Part shown: one piece after another, positions 28,810 through 37,816 of the stretch
How positions within the stretch are numbered: the first letter of the stretch is position 1
Layout of the letters: every line of letters begins with the position of its first letter
DNA from: Calditrichota bacterium
Lineage (GTDB): Bacteria; Calditrichota; Calditrichia; RBG-13-44-9; J042
NCBI GenBank assembly: GCA_013150955.1
Contig: JAADJD010000015.1
Span: 362 to 64,361 of the forward strand
DNA length: 64,000 nt
Direction of reading: 5' to 3'
Made by a program: the position numbers and the translations under genes
Notes under the pieces: model-generated
What the model was told of the DNA's origin: nothing
Seen by the model: the letters and a program-made list of their open reading frames with translations, nothing else
Databases searched by the model: none

Positions 28810-29637
28810 GTGGAATTCATTAAAGCCATTGCCCTGGGGATCATTCAGGGATTGTCCGAGTTTTTGCCCATTAGCAGTTCTGGTCATCTGGTGATTTTCA
28901 GCGAATTGTTCCAGTTTGCGGATAAAGGCCTGGCGTTCGATGTGTTTGTGCATTTTGGCACCCTGATGGCCGTTGTGCTGGTCTTTTACCGGGACATTGG
29001 ATTGATGATCCGCGCTTTGCCGGGGATCCCGGCATTTCTGATGCAGCGGATGTCCGTTCAGAGCGAAGCCGATCAATATCGCGCCCTGGCACTGTTTATT
29101 ATCATTGGTTCCATTCCCGCTGCCGTTGTGGGAGTGTTGTTTGAAGAACAGATTGAACGCATTTTTCACAATCACTATCTGGCGCTGGGCATGTTGTTCC
29201 TGACAGCGATTATTTTATGGAGTTCACGGTATACGCGGGAACGGCAATCTTTTTTGAATGGCAAACAGGCCTTCCTGATTGGACTGGCCCAGGCATTTGC
29301 CATCATCCCGGGCGTGTCCCGTTCGGGTTCCACCATCGTCACCGGCTTGTGGCTGGGTATGGATCGGAATCTGGCCGCACGGTTTTCCTTTCTGCTATCC
29401 GTTCCGGTAATCTTTGGGGCCACGTTGTTGAAATTCAAGGATCTGCTGGAAGTGCCCCCACCGGATTCCCAGATTTTGAACCTGGTAGGGGGAACCCTCG
29501 CCGCAGCCGTGTCCGGTTACCTGGCCATCCTCTGGCTGCTGGATGTCATCCGCAAAAAGAAGCTGGAATGGTTTGCCGTGTATTGCGCTTCTGTCAGTAT
29601 CCTGGGCATCCTGGGATTCTGGCTGATGGGGAAGTGA
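28810..29637 (+). CDS. uppP: Undecaprenyl-diphosphate phosphatase
   Basis: 275-aa membrane ORF with AAGGAGG RBS and GTG start. BacA motifs SSSGHL and PGVSRSG. Confidence 0.9.
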   Translation: MEFIKAIALGIIQGLSEFLPISSSGHLVIFSELFQFADKGLAFDVFVHFGTLMAVVLVFYRDIGLMIRALPGIPAFLMQRMSVQSEADQYRALALFIIIGSIPAAVVGVLFEEQIERIFHNHYLALGMLFLTAIILWSSRYTRERQSFLNGKQAFLIGLAQAFAIIPGVSRSGSTIVTGLWLGMDRNLAARFSFLLSVPVIFGATLLKFKDLLEVPPPDSQILNLVGGTLAAAVSGYLAILWLLDVIRKKKLEWFAVYCASVSILGILGFWLMGK

Positions 29638-29962
29638 TCAAGCCGAAAGAGCTGTACTATTTCCCATAAATTGTATTCAGATTGTCAAACGACTCGCACG
29701 CTTTCCATGCGGAAACCCCTTTGATTTGCACGGGGGAGAATAGATGGCCTCCGAAAGAACTCGCCGATTCTGATCCAACTATGCAGGTTTGTTATTGGTG
29801 GATGATGCCATTCAGTACCAGGAGTGCCCTAAGGGAGACAAAAAGTTGCCAGTGGTTTTGAGCAGGTGGAGTTAGAAAAATACGCCAGGCAACAAAAAAT
29901 GTAAAACACAGGGCCATTTTGTTTCTTATATTTTCTGGTGGGTTGCGGGGTGGAGAGATTAT

Positions 29963-30110
29963 AAACCCAAATGATGCAATAGCCTACGAATGACACAAAT
30001 TAACACAAATAAAACCAATAAAATACATTGGATTGTGTCTGCATGAAAATGTGTTTCAGGGTTTTTTCGCGATTTTGAGGATATTTTTGGTTTCATTCGC
30101 GTGATTCGTG
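29963..30110 (+). repeat. MITE-like element, locus 6 (right arm truncated)
   Basis: Full left arm and core. The right arm stops after TTTCATTCGCGTGATTCGTG and lacks the ..GTTTAACGCATTATTTGGGTT terminus. About 90 bp further on lies the AT-rich islet. Confidence 0.9.
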
Positions 30111-30198
30111 AACGGGGATTCCGATACCAATAAACATACGACTATTCTACGCTTTGCCCAGATACCGATCAAAGTCGGGTCGTCACATATCCCTGAGA

Positions 30199-30221
30199 CC
30201 TTATACACCATATGTATAAGG
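30199..30221 (+). promoter_or_regulatory. 9-bp perfect inverted repeat (candidate operator) just upstream of the PIN gene RBS
   Basis: CCTTATACA-ccata-TGTATAAGG, ending at the GGGAG RBS of ATG 30233. Confidence 0.45.
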
Positions 30222-30232
30222 GAGATGAAAAA

Positions 30233-30679
30233 ATGAAAATATACTTGGACACCTCAGTTATATCTGCGCTGTTTGATGAAAGAAACCCGGAAAGAAAGTC
30301 ATTAACAGAAGAATTCTTCTCTGAAATAGAAATTTACACAACTTATATTTCCGAGCTTACGATCGCAGAGATAGACAGAACTCCTGATCCACTATTAAGA
30401 CGTAAAATGAAAGAAACAATTAGGAATTTTACGACTCTTGAAATAACCGAATCCACGGAGGAACTGGCAACGGAATATGTAAAATATGGAGCAATCCCTG
30501 AGTCTTATTTTGAGGATGCTTACCATATTGCAGTTTCCGTACTCAATGAAATGGATTATCTTTTAAGCTGGAATTATCGCCATATTGTGAGAAGAAAAAC
30601 CAAAGACATAGTGAGGATGGTGAACAGCTTAAGAAACTTAAAACAGGTTGAGATAATTACGCCGGGAGAATTATTATAA
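30233..30679 (+). CDS. PIN-domain protein (VapC-like putative toxin)
   Basis: 148 aa starting MKIYLDTSVI (first PIN acidic residue), later acidic positions (SELTIAE, FEDAYHIA) and LSWNYRHI. GGGAG RBS 8 nt before ATG 30233. Visibly AT-rich relative to flanks. Confidence 0.7.
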   Translation: MKIYLDTSVISALFDERNPERKSLTEEFFSEIEIYTTYISELTIAEIDRTPDPLLRRKMKETIRNFTTLEITESTEELATEYVKYGAIPESYFEDAYHIAVSVLNEMDYLLSWNYRHIVRRKTKDIVRMVNSLRNLKQVEIITPGELL

Positions 30680-30693
30680 AGGAGGTGGAGAAC

Positions 30694-30882
30694 ATGAACG
30701 AGAAAATCAAGAAGGAGATACAGAAAGAGGTTGAGAGGGAATTTCCCGAGGATTTCGCCTTGCAGCAGGTGCATATAGCCAGAAAATTGCTCTCAGAAGA
30801 GGCAAAGGAAAAAGGGATAGAATTCTGGAAATTTATTAAAATGCGGGTAAAAGAAATAAAAGATGCCACCCACAGCGTATAA
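30694..30882 (+). CDS. Small charged helical protein of unknown function (candidate partner of the PIN protein)
   Basis: 62 aa (MNEKIKKEIQKEVEREFPEDFALQQVH...) with AGGAGG RBS. Starts 15 nt after the PIN stop. Same AT-rich composition. Confidence 0.55.
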   Translation: MNEKIKKEIQKEVEREFPEDFALQQVHIARKLLSEEAKEKGIEFWKFIKMRVKEIKDATHSV

Positions 30883-30946
30883 TAGGCGGGTATCTGCTCT
30901 TACTACACTTCGTCCACATCCTTCGCTGTCACTCATGACCTCGGAT

Positions 30947-30977
30947 ACCCGCCGGAAACAGTCGGCGGGTGATTTTT
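30947..30977 (+). terminator. Putative Rho-independent terminator after the PIN module
   Basis: Stem ACCCGCC / GGCGGGT with a 10-nt loop, then GATTTTT. Confidence 0.5.
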
Positions 30978-31237
30978 GTCCCCTCGAGAGAAAGTGCGTT
31001 CACTCTACCGACTCACTTGCTTTCTCTCGGTTATCCCGTTTAATTAAGGATAGGGACACTCCTGTTAAAATTCTTGAATTCCCAGAACTTGCCCAACAAC
31101 GGGAGACCCACCTGTGGTGGAAAAGCCCGGTGTTTTTCCACCAATAAAAAATAATCCACCATTTGTTAGACCGTAAAATTTTTTTATAATTCCATTTGGC
31201 AAATGACCGGGTAGCTGATTGAACACAGGGAGCCAGA

Positions 31238-32692
31238 ATGGAGAGACGGGAATTTTTTAGTTCACGGTGGACGTTGCTGTTGTCAACCCTGGGAATGGCC
31301 ATTGGCGCGGGGAACATCTGGCGTTTTCCGCGACTGGCGGGGGAATATGGAGCGGCCTTTCTTATTCCCTGGGCCATTTTTTTGCTGCTCTGGTCGATCC
31401 CGTTAATCATGGTCGAATTTTCCCTGGGGAAGCAGACGCGCAAAGGCCCCATCGGCACTTTTTCCCTGTTTCTGGGCAGGTCGTACACCTGGATGGGCGG
31501 CTTTGTGGCCTTTTGTACCATGGGGATCATGTTTTATTATTCGGTGGTCACCGGCTGGGCCCTGAAGTATTTCATCGCTTCCGTTACGGGATCGTTGCTG
31601 AAGGTGGATCAAAGTGTGTACTGGGAGCGGTTTTCGACTTCGGGGCTGGAGCCGCTGGCTTTTCATCTAATTGCGCTGGGCCTGGCCTCTCTGGTCATTT
31701 ACCAGGGTGTGGTCAGGGGCATTGAGCGTGCCAATCGGATTTTATTGCCCTCGCTGCTGGTACTGTTGATTGTGGGGGTCGTTCGGGCACTGACCCTTCC
31801 CAACGCCGTTCAGGGGTTGCAATATTTGTTCGGTCTCCGCTGGGAAGACCTGGCCAACTATCAGGTGTGGCTGGAGGGGTTATCTCAATCCGCCTGGTCG
31901 ACCGGTGCGGGATGGGGATTAATCCTCACGTACGCCGTCTATATGCGTCAAAAAGAGGACGTGACCCTGAATGCTTTCATCACCGGTTTTGGGAATAATT
32001 CCGCATCGTTGCTGGCAGGATTGGCCATCATACCCAGCGTTTTTGCACTCAGTGCCACCCCCGAGGCCGCACTAAAGGCCCTGCAATCGGGGAACCAGGG
32101 ATTGACCTTCATTGCCATTCCCCAGCTATTTTCCACCATGGTGGGGGCTCCAGTGTACATGTCGATTTTTTTTCTGGCGTTGTTTTTTGCCGCCTTGAGC
32201 TCGTTAATTTCCATGTTCGAATTGTCTACCCGTGTGTTCATGGATTTTGGGTTACCCCGGCGTCAGGCACTGGCACTGGTGGCGGTTTTAACCGCCGTGT
32301 TTGGCGCACCTTCGGCGCTTTCGATGGATTTCTTTAACAATCAGGACTGGGTGTGGGGACTGGGGCTGATCATCAGTGGGGGCTTTTTTGCATTTGCCGT
32401 CTTGAAGAAAGGGGTGCAGCAATTTCGGGAACGCTGGCTGAACATTGGCGAAAGCGACCTGTACATCGGCCCCTGGTTTAACTGGGTAATGCGATACGTG
32501 ATTCCGCTGGAAGCACTGGTGCTCCTGGGGTGGTGGTTTTATCAGGCTATTCAATGGGAGGCTGCCCTGTGGTGGAACCCACTCCGGCCATTTAGTCTGG
32601 GTACCTGCCTGATGCAGTGGGGATTGTTGATGACAGCGTTATGGTTATTTAATCGGAAACTGGCGAAGATGATTTACCGATCGGAGGATTAA
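31238..32692 (+). CDS. Sodium-dependent transporter, NSS (SNF) family
   Basis: 484 aa with the hallmark GMAIGAGNIWRFP motif and 11-12 TM segments. Confidence 0.9.
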   Translation: MERREFFSSRWTLLLSTLGMAIGAGNIWRFPRLAGEYGAAFLIPWAIFLLLWSIPLIMVEFSLGKQTRKGPIGTFSLFLGRSYTWMGGFVAFCTMGIMFYYSVVTGWALKYFIASVTGSLLKVDQSVYWERFSTSGLEPLAFHLIALGLASLVIYQGVVRGIERANRILLPSLLVLLIVGVVRALTLPNAVQGLQYLFGLRWEDLANYQVWLEGLSQSAWSTGAGWGLILTYAVYMRQKEDVTLNAFITGFGNNSASLLAGLAIIPSVFALSATPEAALKALQSGNQGLTFIAIPQLFSTMVGAPVYMSIFFLALFFAALSSLISMFELSTRVFMDFGLPRRQALALVAVLTAVFGAPSALSMDFFNNQDWVWGLGLIISGGFFAFAVLKKGVQQFRERWLNIGESDLYIGPWFNWVMRYVIPLEALVLLGWWFYQAIQWEAALWWNPLRPFSLGTCLMQWGLLMTALWLFNRKLAKMIYRSED

Positions 32693-32693
32693 C

Positions 32694-32798
32694 ATGGACG
32701 GATCAACTATCCTGATGATGCTGTTTATTCTGGGATATGTGTGGGGTGGATTCTTATATTTCTTAAATAAAGCTTACAAGAAAGAAAAATCAAAATGA
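32694..32798 (+). CDS. MetS-like small subunit of the NSS transporter (34-aa single-TM micro-ORF, absent from the ORF track)
   Basis: MDGSTILMMLFILGYVWGGFLYFLNKAYKKEKSK. GGAGG RBS 6 nt upstream. Starts 1 nt after the NSS stop. Its TGA overlaps the holA ATG (ATGA). Confidence 0.55.
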   Translation: MDGSTILMMLFILGYVWGGFLYFLNKAYKKEKSK

Positions 32799-33808
32799 AA
32801 ACCGCCCGGAAAACCAGCCATTCGTACAAAGAAACACTGGCGGAAATTCAGCAGGGAAATGTCCGTCCCGGTTATTTTGTGTTTGGAGAAGAGCCCTACT
32901 TGATGGATCATTTGCTGGAGCAGCTGGCTTTGAAATTTCTGGGGGAGCCACAACGGGAAATCAACTATTTTCTCCGTTATGCCCCGGATACGCCCATGGA
33001 AGAAGTGGTGGCCCTGTTGACCGGTGGCGGTTTATTTTCCAGCAAAAAGTTGGTGGTCTATAAAGACGTCCAGCAACTCCGAACGCAGAAATTTCAGCAC
33101 TTCCTTCATTATATGGATCATCCTCCGGCCGATTTATGCCTGGTGCTGGTGGCTCGCACGGGGGCTCCATCCCGGAAGTTTCAACCCTTAATGGAAAAGT
33201 TTTTTACAGTGGAAATTCAAACGCCCGGCACCGACGAGCTGATGGCGTTTATTCAGGGAGAGTTCCGTCGACTGGGAAAACGGGTGGACACACCGGCCGT
33301 TCAAACTTTGCTTTATCATGTAGGTGAACGGTTACACGATCTTCAAATGGAAATTGTGCAAATTGCCAATTACTTTCAGGAGAAGGACGTGATTACTGCG
33401 GAAGATGTGGAACAAATTGTCGGGATACACATCAATCAAACCGTGTTTGATCTGACCCGGCTGATTGCGCAGCGGGATCAGGAAAAAGCGCTGTTCACCA
33501 TGCGGAATTTGCTGGCAAAGGGAGAAAGCCCGCAGTCGATCCTCTATTTTTTAATCCGCCACTTCATGATGTTGTGGAAAATTCACGGCTATTACAAAAG
33601 CGGTATTCGTGATGATCGTGAGATTCAGGAGCGGTTAAAGCTGTACCGCAGTCATTATCAGGCATACAAGCAGCAGGTAAGTCACTGGACGTTTGGGAAA
33701 ATTATACGGGCGTTTCAGAAAATCAAATGGGCCGATCAGCAATTAAAATCCAGTCAAATGCCCCCGGATTTAATCCTTGACATTCTTGTATTGCAATTGA
33801 TAAATTGA
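32795..33808 (+). CDS. holA: DNA polymerase III subunit delta
   Basis: 337 aa with the typical HolA N-terminus (..YFVFGEEPYLMDHL..) and a three-domain clamp-loader-like length. Confidence 0.8.
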   Translation: MKTARKTSHSYKETLAEIQQGNVRPGYFVFGEEPYLMDHLLEQLALKFLGEPQREINYFLRYAPDTPMEEVVALLTGGGLFSSKKLVVYKDVQQLRTQKFQHFLHYMDHPPADLCLVLVARTGAPSRKFQPLMEKFFTVEIQTPGTDELMAFIQGEFRRLGKRVDTPAVQTLLYHVGERLHDLQMEIVQIANYFQEKDVITAEDVEQIVGIHINQTVFDLTRLIAQRDQEKALFTMRNLLAKGESPQSILYFLIRHFMMLWKIHGYYKSGIRDDREIQERLKLYRSHYQAYKQQVSHWTFGKIIRAFQKIKWADQQLKSSQMPPDLILDILVLQLIN

Positions 33809-34063
33809 GATTCAAAATTCAAGAAATCCGATGATTTCATCCGGGTTCAATCGCTTTTTGTAAAATAAAAATTTTTTGTGAGTGTAAAGTAACAATTCAG
33901 GAGGAGACGAGTAATTATTTTAGAGATGTTGGGAGTGGCCGGAAAGAAGGAGGATTCGCCCGGCAGACGGTGCGATCTGTAAGTGCTAATAAAAAAGGAA
34001 ATAAGCTCCCGATTTAACGGGAACTTTGCCAGACAACCACAGTTAAAAAACACTAAACTTATT

Positions 34064-34678
34064 ATGGCAAGGAAAAAGAGTCATAAAGTAACTGATGAAG
34101 AACTCATTGCGCGGTTTCAGCAGGGGGATGTTCAGGCGTTCGACACCCTGGTGCGGCGCTACAAGGATCAATTGTTAAATTACGTTTACCGTTTTGTGGG
34201 AAATCGATCCGATGCCGAAGATATCGTTCAGGAAACCTTCTTGCGCGTTTTCAAAAACAAACATTATTACAAAGAAATCGCCAAATTTTCCACCTGGGTA
34301 TACACCATTGCAGGCAACCTGGCCAAAACTGAACTTCGCCGCAGGAAACGGCGTAAGATTTTTAGTGTCAGTAATTTTGTAAATGAAGAACGGGATTATG
34401 ATATCCCCGATGTTGAGAAAAACCCTGAACGTGAAGTGGATGGCACGATTAAGGATGATATCATACAGAAGGCGATCGAGAAGTTGCCACCGAAATTTAA
34501 GGAAGTGATTCTGTTGCGCGATGTGCAGGGATTCTCCTACGAAGAGATCAGCCAGATTCTTAATATACCGCTGGGGACGGTAAAATCCAGAGTGAATCGC
34601 GGACGCTTGAAACTGCAGGAAGATTTGAAATTTCTGTTTGAAAATGAGCCGAAGAGCAGTGAGGAAACAAAACTATGA
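34064..34678 (+). CDS. ECF (sigma-70 family group 4) RNA polymerase sigma factor
   Basis: Region 2 (DAEDIVQETFLRVF, FSTWVYTIAGN) and region 4 HTH (FSYEEISQILNIPLGTVKSRVNRGR). ATG 34064 preferred over the upstream alternative start. Confidence 0.9.
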   Translation: MARKKSHKVTDEELIARFQQGDVQAFDTLVRRYKDQLLNYVYRFVGNRSDAEDIVQETFLRVFKNKHYYKEIAKFSTWVYTIAGNLAKTELRRRKRRKIFSVSNFVNEERDYDIPDVEKNPEREVDGTIKDDIIQKAIEKLPPKFKEVILLRDVQGFSYEEISQILNIPLGTVKSRVNRGRLKLQEDLKFLFENEPKSSEETKL

Positions 34679-34681
34679 GGG

Positions 34682-35242
34682 TTGCCTATGCACCAATGTG
34701 ACAAATTCAGGGTTTATTTCTCAAGCTACATCGAAGGGGAACTTCACTCGGAACAACGCAAGTATTTAGAGGCCCACTTGGCGGTCTGTCCGGAATGCAG
34801 CGAGGCGGTGTATCAGATTAAAATTATTCGGGAAAGCCTGCGGCGATTGCCCACGATTCAGACCTCCGACGGATTTGAAACCCGGCTCCACTATCGCATT
34901 AACCAGCTTAATCAACAAAGCACCTCACCCTTTTTTCTAATCAAAGAACACTGGAAAATCCCTGCCCTTGGATCGGCCATTCTTTTGTTGGTGGTCACCA
35001 CATTCATCTTCTTTAATCCCGGTGATCAGCAGGCGTCGCGGGCGGTACAACAAAACTTACCGGCAGTGGGTCTTCCCGCCCGTTCGGCAAGCGTCCCCGG
35101 CTCCAGCATTGGGCAGGCAACCGAAACCGAAGATTTCCAGACCATCTCCCAGGGGGTGCAGTCTCAGGGCTTTAACGATTCCCTGAAAAGTCATCCACCC
35201 AAACGGGTGCGCAAGGGAGTTCAGCTGGTCGGCGATCAATAA
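34682..35242 (+). CDS. Anti-sigma factor (zf-HC2 type) with one TM helix
   Basis: H-x3-C-x2-C motif (HLAVCPEC). TM segment ALGSAILLLVVTTFIFF. Immediately downstream of the ECF sigma gene. Confidence 0.75.
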   Translation: MPMHQCDKFRVYFSSYIEGELHSEQRKYLEAHLAVCPECSEAVYQIKIIRESLRRLPTIQTSDGFETRLHYRINQLNQQSTSPFFLIKEHWKIPALGSAILLLVVTTFIFFNPGDQQASRAVQQNLPAVGLPARSASVPGSSIGQATETEDFQTISQGVQSQGFNDSLKSHPPKRVRKGVQLVGDQ

Positions 35243-35283
35243 GTTCCGTTTTCCAAATCAACGATAGGTGACAATACGCACCC

Positions 35284-36999
35284 ATGCTGAAAATTCATCC
35301 GTACCTTATCGTTCTGGGAATCATTACGTTCCTTTTCTTTCTCCTCAGCCTGTTACCCAATTCCCCAATTTATCTCCTTCTTAAAATCCTGATGGTTGGG
35401 GGTGCCTCTTTTGGCATGTACCGGTTTTTTAAGAGGCATTTCCCGACCGATGAGGAAACGGAGGATGCGCATCCGGAAGTGTCCGAAGAAACCCCGGACA
35501 TTCTGCGCCTGGAAACCGACCGCGATGTGGAAAAAATTTTTGGTCAGTTTCTGGATACCGTTTTCCCTCTGATCAAGCAGACGCTGGTGGCCGACACGGT
35601 CTGTTTTTTACTGCTGAATCTGGAAAAAAAGAAATTTTACTTGCGTTACGTTTTGACCGATCATCCGGATCGGATGCAGAAGGATCGGTTTCTGGATTGG
35701 CGTACCGGGTTACCCCCGCTAATCTTAAAAAATCGTACGGCACTCATCGAAAACCACCTGCCAGAAAACGGCAGCGATTTGTTACCCTACTATCTTCCGG
35801 GAAAGTCCCCGGCCCGATCTTTTGCCGGCGTCCCCATTCAGTTTGAGGGGAAGGCGCTGGGAGTTTTATGTGTGGACGCTCACGCTCAAGAAGCATTCGG
35901 TCAGAACGATCTGCAATTGCTGGAACAATTTGCCCATTTGATTGAACTGCAGTTGATTGAAAGCAATCAACTTTATGAGTATGAGACAGAAAACTGGATT
36001 GCCCGGGTTCTGAACGAATTCAGTAACCGGGTGGTGGAATTGCAGAATGCCGAACAGCTGTGGGATTTTGTGGGGCGGTTCATGAAACAGAACTTTCATG
36101 CGGATCGCCTGTTTGTTGCTCGGGAGGCCGAAGATGGGCATGGGCGCATCATCTTCAGTATGGGTAATGTTCGCGGATTGAAGGCCGGCCTGCAGTTTTC
36201 TACCACAGAAGGGCTGGTGGGCTGGGTGTTGCGCAAGCAGCAGCCGTTAATCGTAGATGATCTGGCAGTGAAAAAGAATTACATCCCCCGCTTTGCCCTG
36301 AACGAGGAACCCGCCAGAGAATTCCGCTCCCTGATTGCGGTGCCATTTACGGGAGAAGATCAACAACGCATGGCGCTGGTGCTGGAATCTTTCCAGCCCT
36401 CTCGGTTTAAACCCCAGTACAAGAAAATTCTGGAAACCATCACCAATCAGATCACCATTTTCCTGGCTCACAATCGGCTATTCGAAATCCTTCAGCAGCG
36501 GAATTTGTTTGATCTGGATACCGACATTGGCAACTTTCTGGCTTTTAAACTGGAACTTCAGAAGGAAATTGAACGCGCATCTGCTTTTCAGCGATCGTTT
36601 GCGGTGACCTATCTACAGGTCGATTTTGTCGAAAAGGAAAATCGGATGACCATTCAACGACAATTTGTCCGAGAATTTTTGTCTTTCCTGTTGCCTTTTC
36701 TTGGGACAACAGATTATATTTTTCGGCTGCATGATAATTTGTTTGCCATTTTATGGGTCGAGAAGCCGCTAAAAACGGTTCGGCCGGTGATGGAACAAAT
36801 TTGTCAGGCAGTGGCCGAAAAACGGGTCTGGTGCGAAGGCAATGTCCTGGGGGTGGGCGTAGCCTGTGGCGGAGTTGAGTTCCCGGCAATGGGGAACGAG
36901 ACGTTGGATTTAATGATTAAAGCCGAGAAGGCGGTTCGCCAGGCGGCAGCAGCAGGTAAAAATACGTTTCAAATCTTTCAGGAAAATGAAGTAAACTGA
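35284..36999 (+). CDS. Membrane-anchored GAF-GAF protein with degenerate GGDEF-like C-terminal domain
   Basis: 571 aa with two N-terminal TM helices and two GAF-like regions. The C-terminal domain aligns by eye to GGDEF, but the signature is RLHDNLFAIL instead of RxGGDEFxxL. Confidence 0.65.
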   Translation: MLKIHPYLIVLGIITFLFFLLSLLPNSPIYLLLKILMVGGASFGMYRFFKRHFPTDEETEDAHPEVSEETPDILRLETDRDVEKIFGQFLDTVFPLIKQTLVADTVCFLLLNLEKKKFYLRYVLTDHPDRMQKDRFLDWRTGLPPLILKNRTALIENHLPENGSDLLPYYLPGKSPARSFAGVPIQFEGKALGVLCVDAHAQEAFGQNDLQLLEQFAHLIELQLIESNQLYEYETENWIARVLNEFSNRVVELQNAEQLWDFVGRFMKQNFHADRLFVAREAEDGHGRIIFSMGNVRGLKAGLQFSTTEGLVGWVLRKQQPLIVDDLAVKKNYIPRFALNEEPAREFRSLIAVPFTGEDQQRMALVLESFQPSRFKPQYKKILETITNQITIFLAHNRLFEILQQRNLFDLDTDIGNFLAFKLELQKEIERASAFQRSFAVTYLQVDFVEKENRMTIQRQFVREFLSFLLPFLGTTDYIFRLHDNLFAILWVEKPLKTVRPVMEQICQAVAEKRVWCEGNVLGVGVACGGVEFPAMGNETLDLMIKAEKAVRQAAAAGKNTFQIFQENEVN

Positions 37000-37027
37000 G
37001 AAAAAAATATTAAGAGGAGAAAATACC

Positions 37028-37219
37028 ATGGCCAAGCGGCAGGATTTCGCTTCAAAAATCTTTAGTAAACCGGATGTGCCGACATGTCCGGTGTGCGGGG
37101 AAGCCTATACTTTCCTGAAGAAAGTGGTGTCCTACCAATCCGAAAAAACGGGCACCTGGAAGTTTGCCACTCAGAATTTAAAAGTTTGTAAGTGCAATGA
37201 AAAAACAGTTTATGCCTGA
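37028..37219 (+). CDS. Small zinc-ribbon-like protein, unknown function
   Basis: 63 aa with GGAG RBS and CPVCGE ... CKCNE cysteine pairs. Confidence 0.5.
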   Translation: MAKRQDFASKIFSKPDVPTCPVCGEAYTFLKKVVSYQSEKTGTWKFATQNLKVCKCNEKTVYA

Positions 37220-37222
37220 TTA

Positions 37223-37705
37223 TCATTCAGGCAACTCAATGCGTTGCAGATCAATCTGGTTCTGGGATTGGATTTTTAATATCCCTACCGTTGGATGCCG
37301 ATGATCCCGGGGCGACGTGGCGCTTCCGGGATTTGCAAAATAAATCCCCTGGTGCCTGCCAAAGTAAAATTCATGGGTGTGCCCAAACACCACGACATCT
37401 GGTTTAGATGAACCGGTAAAGTGGGTTACCTTATGCACAAAGTATTCTGGGGATATAATGTCATGCACCACCAGAATTTTGATTTTTTCCACCTCAATGA
37501 TTAATTTATCGGACAGCTGTGGAAATCGCCTGGGCGAATCCATATTCCCAAGGACGGCATAAACAGTGGCGATCTTTTCCAGTTCGTTTAAAAGAGCCGG
37601 CGAGCCAATGTCCCCGGCGTGAATGATCGCATCCACTCCTGCGAATGCCTGTGGAATACCGCCGTGAAATTTATTGTGGGTATCGGAAATCAATCCAATT
37701 CGCAT
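37223..37705 (-). CDS. YfcE/MJ0936-family metallophosphoesterase
   Basis: MRIGLISDTHN, GDIG, GNMD, GHTH motifs; 160 aa. Confidence 0.85.
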   Translation of the reverse strand: MRIGLISDTHNKFHGGIPQAFAGVDAIIHAGDIGSPALLNELEKIATVYAVLGNMDSPRRFPQLSDKLIIEVEKIKILVVHDIISPEYFVHKVTHFTGSSKPDVVVFGHTHEFYFGRHQGIYFANPGSATSPRDHRHPTVGILKIQSQNQIDLQRIELPE

Positions 37706-37816
37706 TGCCCGATCCTTTGTCTGATCTTTTGAACATCAACAAGCCGAAATATAGTACGACAAACCGTAATTGACACGAAAAAAATCAGAATAGCAGGGGG
37801 CTACATTTGAAAATTT

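Noticed and set aside
30978-31237. Riboswitch or T-box in the 260-nt leader of the NSS transporter (contains a 10-bp stem TGGTGGAAAA/TTTTCCACCA)
   Set aside because: No T-box, glycine, SAM, lysine or other riboswitch core motif that I can recognise. The stem is not followed by a U-run on either strand. Left as unexplained structure only.
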